Virus record (IMG/VR): IMGVR_UViG_3300050162_000108
Coordinates: 1-26,469 of that record
Origin: a virus
Taxonomy: Duplodnaviria > Caudoviricetes
Strand: one strand, 5' to 3'
DNA length: 26,469 nt
Position numbers and translations under genes: made by a program. The notes beneath the pieces are model-generated. The model did not search any database. It was not told the origin of the DNA and saw only the letters and a list, made by a program, of their open reading frames with translations. Position 1 is the first letter of the stretch, and the number at the start of each line of letters is the position of its first letter. Below, piece after piece: positions 24,094 to 26,469 of the stretch.

Positions 24094-24834
24094 ATGGAAC
24101 TCAACCTGACCCACGATGACTTGCGCGGCGGCAACACTCACACGGCGGCATTACTGCGTGCGCTGGCAACTGTGCTGGACCCGGTGCCGAGCAATCTACT
24201 CGCTACGCAGACAGTAGAAATCAAGGTCGATACTTCGGTAGTAAAGGAAGCACTTGATGAAATCCGCGAAGAGGCATTTGGCGAGATTCGACAAGAAGCA
24301 CAAGTAATTGACAAACACGTTGCTAGTCAGGCTCCCAGCTTCGGTCTAGACTCAGCGGGTTTCCCGTGGGACGAACGCATTCACGCGTCCAGCCGTGCAA
24401 CCGTGGCAGACGGCACGTGGAAGCTAAAGCGGGGGGCTGACCCGGAGTTGGTTGCTACGCTCCGCGAGGCGTCTAAAGCTCCGATCCTGCCGCCCCCACC
24501 AACCGAAGCCGAGCGCTTGCAAACTGAACAGGAGCAAGACATACCTGATCCAGCTAAAGTCGGTTTTGGCCAGCAAGTACCGCCGCCCCCACCTGTTGTT
24601 GCCGCCCCGGCGAGTGGCGATGCCTGGCCTGTTGACGTGCTCGGCGCGATCCCCGAAGGCAAGACGCCGTTCCAAGTGTTCATGACCTGGGCAATGGCTA
24701 AGCTCACCGATAAGAGTCTGACCCAACCACGCCTGCTGGAAGTGATCCAGGCTCACGGCGTAGCACAGCTGCCGGTGCTGAATACGCAGCCCGAGAAGAT
24801 CCCAGCCATCGTACGCGACTTGGTGGGGGTGTAA
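24094..24834 (+). CDS. Conserved hypothetical Pro-rich protein
   Basis: Likely start ATG 24094 after AAGGA. LDSAGFPWDERIHASS...DGTWKLKRG motif and poly-Pro linkers. Confidence 0.78.
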   Translation: MELNLTHDDLRGGNTHTAALLRALATVLDPVPSNLLATQTVEIKVDTSVVKEALDEIREEAFGEIRQEAQVIDKHVASQAPSFGLDSAGFPWDERIHASSRATVADGTWKLKRGADPELVATLREASKAPILPPPPTEAERLQTEQEQDIPDPAKVGFGQQVPPPPPVVAAPASGDAWPVDVLGAIPEGKTPFQVFMTWAMAKLTDKSLTQPRLLEVIQAHGVAQLPVLNTQPEKIPAIVRDLVGV

Positions 24835-24835
24835 C

Positions 24836-25933
24836 ATGCCCGGCGCACACGCTCGTTTTACTCCGTCGTCTCTGGGCATTCTAATGGCGTGTGCCGGTTC
24901 TCACGAACTGGGCCGCCATTATCCTGACGATGAGGATAGCCCGGCCGCCCGAGAAGGTACAGCAGCCCATGAAGTTGCGGCGGCGCTAGTGGCTACTGGG
25001 GAATTGATGCCGATCGGCACTCTTGCGGCTAACGGTGTAGAAATTACACAGGAAATGGCAGAGGGGGGACACCTATACGCGGAGCATGTTCGCTCCGTAT
25101 TGCCGAGGGGGGCCATATGTGTTGAACAGCGGGTCGAGTGTTTCAATCTACACCCGGAATGTTGGGGGACGCCTGACACGTACCTATTCGACGGTGCCGA
25201 CTTGCACGTGTTCGATTACAAGTTCGGCCACGGTTTTGTTGATGAATTCGAAAATTGGCAATTACTGGCCTATGCCACAGGTATCTGGAACGGTGCGGCG
25301 ATCCGTGACAAGTTGCATTTGCATATCGTTCAGCCGCGCAATTTCTCCCGGCGCGGGCCGGTGCGTACCTGGACACTGACGGCTCAACAGTTAGATGGCT
25401 ATGCCAGCCGGATTTCGGCGCGGCTACGAGACGTGGCGGAGGGGGGTGCCGAGATTGGGTGCGTGACGGGCCAACACTGCCACTACTGCCCGGCCCGGCG
25501 CGGTTGCGAGGCTCTAACACGGGCCGGGCAATTGGCGTGCGTCACTACCGGCGAGGCGATCCCCCTGGACCTGACGCCGGAACAGTTGGGCGTCGAGTTG
25601 GCCTATCTGCAACGGGCTGCCGAATTGCTCAAATACCGAATCGGGGGGCTGGAGGAGCAAGCCGAGGCGCTGCTTCGCGTAGGCGCACGCGTACCGGGCT
25701 ATCATTTGGTTAGTGCGCCAGGTCGAGAACGTTGGACTGCACCAGACCAAGTTGCAGCACTCGGCCAATTGTGGGGAGTGGATCTTATGAAACCTGCAGA
25801 GCCGATCACGCCTGCGCAGGCCCGCAAGAAGCTGCCCGACCCGGCAATGGTGGATACGCTGGCCACTCGCACCGCTGCGCTGGTTTTGCAGCAAGATAGT
25901 GAAAAAGAAACACGCCGTATATTCTGGGCTTGA
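24836..25933 (+). CDS. Cas4-like PD-(D/E)xK exonuclease (DUF2800-like)
   Basis: HA.F.PSS....C, EGTAAH, GTPD, DYKFG, NWQL..YA, C..C.....C Fe-S-type cluster. Confidence 0.88.
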   Translation: MPGAHARFTPSSLGILMACAGSHELGRHYPDDEDSPAAREGTAAHEVAAALVATGELMPIGTLAANGVEITQEMAEGGHLYAEHVRSVLPRGAICVEQRVECFNLHPECWGTPDTYLFDGADLHVFDYKFGHGFVDEFENWQLLAYATGIWNGAAIRDKLHLHIVQPRNFSRRGPVRTWTLTAQQLDGYASRISARLRDVAEGGAEIGCVTGQHCHYCPARRGCEALTRAGQLACVTTGEAIPLDLTPEQLGVELAYLQRAAELLKYRIGGLEEQAEALLRVGARVPGYHLVSAPGRERWTAPDQVAALGQLWGVDLMKPAEPITPAQARKKLPDPAMVDTLATRTAALVLQQDSEKETRRIFWA

Positions 25934-25958
25934 CGGCCTAGATAATATCGGTTACATT
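25930..25958 (+). promoter_or_regulatory. Sigma70-like promoter
   Basis: TTGACG-N17-TACATT upstream of the SSB gene. Confidence 0.65.
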
Positions 25959-25992
25959 GTACTGATACTCACCGCTCAAAGGAGCTACACAA

Positions 25993-26469
25993 ATGACAAA
26001 AGAATACATCGACATCTTGACCCCCGCAGGTCGCATGGTTTACAGCAATCTTTACACCGCCCAGGTAAACAAGTCCGACGACCCGAGCAAGCCCGACCGT
26101 GAATCGTGGGGCTGCGGCATTGCAATTCCGAAGGGTGCCGAGCAACACTGGTCCCAAACTGAATGGGGCGCTAAGATTTGGAACGCGGGTCACGCGGGCT
26201 ATGCTGCCCAAGCTGATGCGCCGACATTCTCGTGGAAAGTAATCGACGGCGACAGCCAAATCCCGAACAAAGCGGGCAACGTGCCGCGTGAGCAGGAAGG
26301 ATACGCCGGTCACTGGATCGTCAATTTCTCCCAAGGCAACCCCCCGCGCATCGTCAACAAGGACGGCTCGCAATTGATCAGCGAACGCGACGCCGTGAAG
26401 CCGGGTTATTTCATCCAGGTATTTGGTAGCGTGAGTGACAATAAGTCAGCCAGCGGGCAGCCTGCCAAG
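25993..26469 (+). CDS. ssDNA-binding protein (DUF2815-like), truncated by the window edge
   Basis: Not in the track. AAGGAG SD, then MTKEYIDILTPAGRMVYSNLY...IAIPK...FSWKVIDGDS.IPNKAG..P...EGYAGHW...VKPGYFIQV. Follows the Cas4-like nuclease. Confidence 0.8.
   Translation, partial: MTKEYIDILTPAGRMVYSNLYTAQVNKSDDPSKPDRESWGCGIAIPKGAEQHWSQTEWGAKIWNAGHAGYAAQADAPTFSWKVIDGDSQIPNKAGNVPREQEGYAGHWIVNFSQGNPPRIVNKDGSQLISERDAVKPGYFIQVFGSVSDNKSASGQPAK

Noticed and set aside
24836-25933. Cas4-like gene as evidence of a CRISPR-Cas locus
   Set aside because: There is no repeat-spacer array and no other cas gene. Solo Cas4-like exonucleases next to SSB genes are common phage recombination genes.
25969-26373. 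134-aa minus-strand ORF
   Set aside because: It is antisense to the SSB gene, which has a promoter, an SD and family motifs.
1-26469. tRNA, rRNA, CRISPR array, integrase/att site, reverse transcriptase or DGR
   Set aside because: None was recognisable by eye. Covariance-model and repeat searches were not run.

Overview
A 26.5 kb piece of a tailed dsDNA phage genome with a contractile-tail (myovirus) morphogenesis module, most likely infecting a proteobacterium. The gene set and order resemble what I recall of Jedunavirus/phiPLPE/Bcep781-like phages. No integrase is present in the window. The left half (1-14436, minus strand) runs terS, terL, portal, minor head protein, a small accessory island, protease/scaffold, decoration protein, major capsid, neck genes, sheath, tube, a frameshifting tail chaperone and the tape measure gene (truncated). 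The right half holds an origin-like AT-rich region, an accessory cluster, and replication/recombination genes (primpol-helicase, VRR-NUC, SF2 helicase, Cas4-like exonuclease, SSB). Highlights: (1) the SF2 helicase carries a 345-aa intein in its DExH box, and the intein's putative homing endonuclease (Zn-ribbon plus DUF559/Vsr-like) is a separate, fully nested gene in the +1 frame with its own SD; (2) two small acidic proteins resemble the type I-E anti-CRISPRs AcrIE4 and AcrIE5, each behind a near-duplicate promoter cassette, with no canonical aca gene and an upstream motif matching half of a 20-bp palindrome elsewhere; (3) two related AT-rich origin-like elements lie about 10 kb apart, one inside the late operon; (4) a -1 frameshift tail chaperone and a probable leaderless scaffold mRNA. 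All family assignments come from motif recognition and recalled sequences, not database searches.
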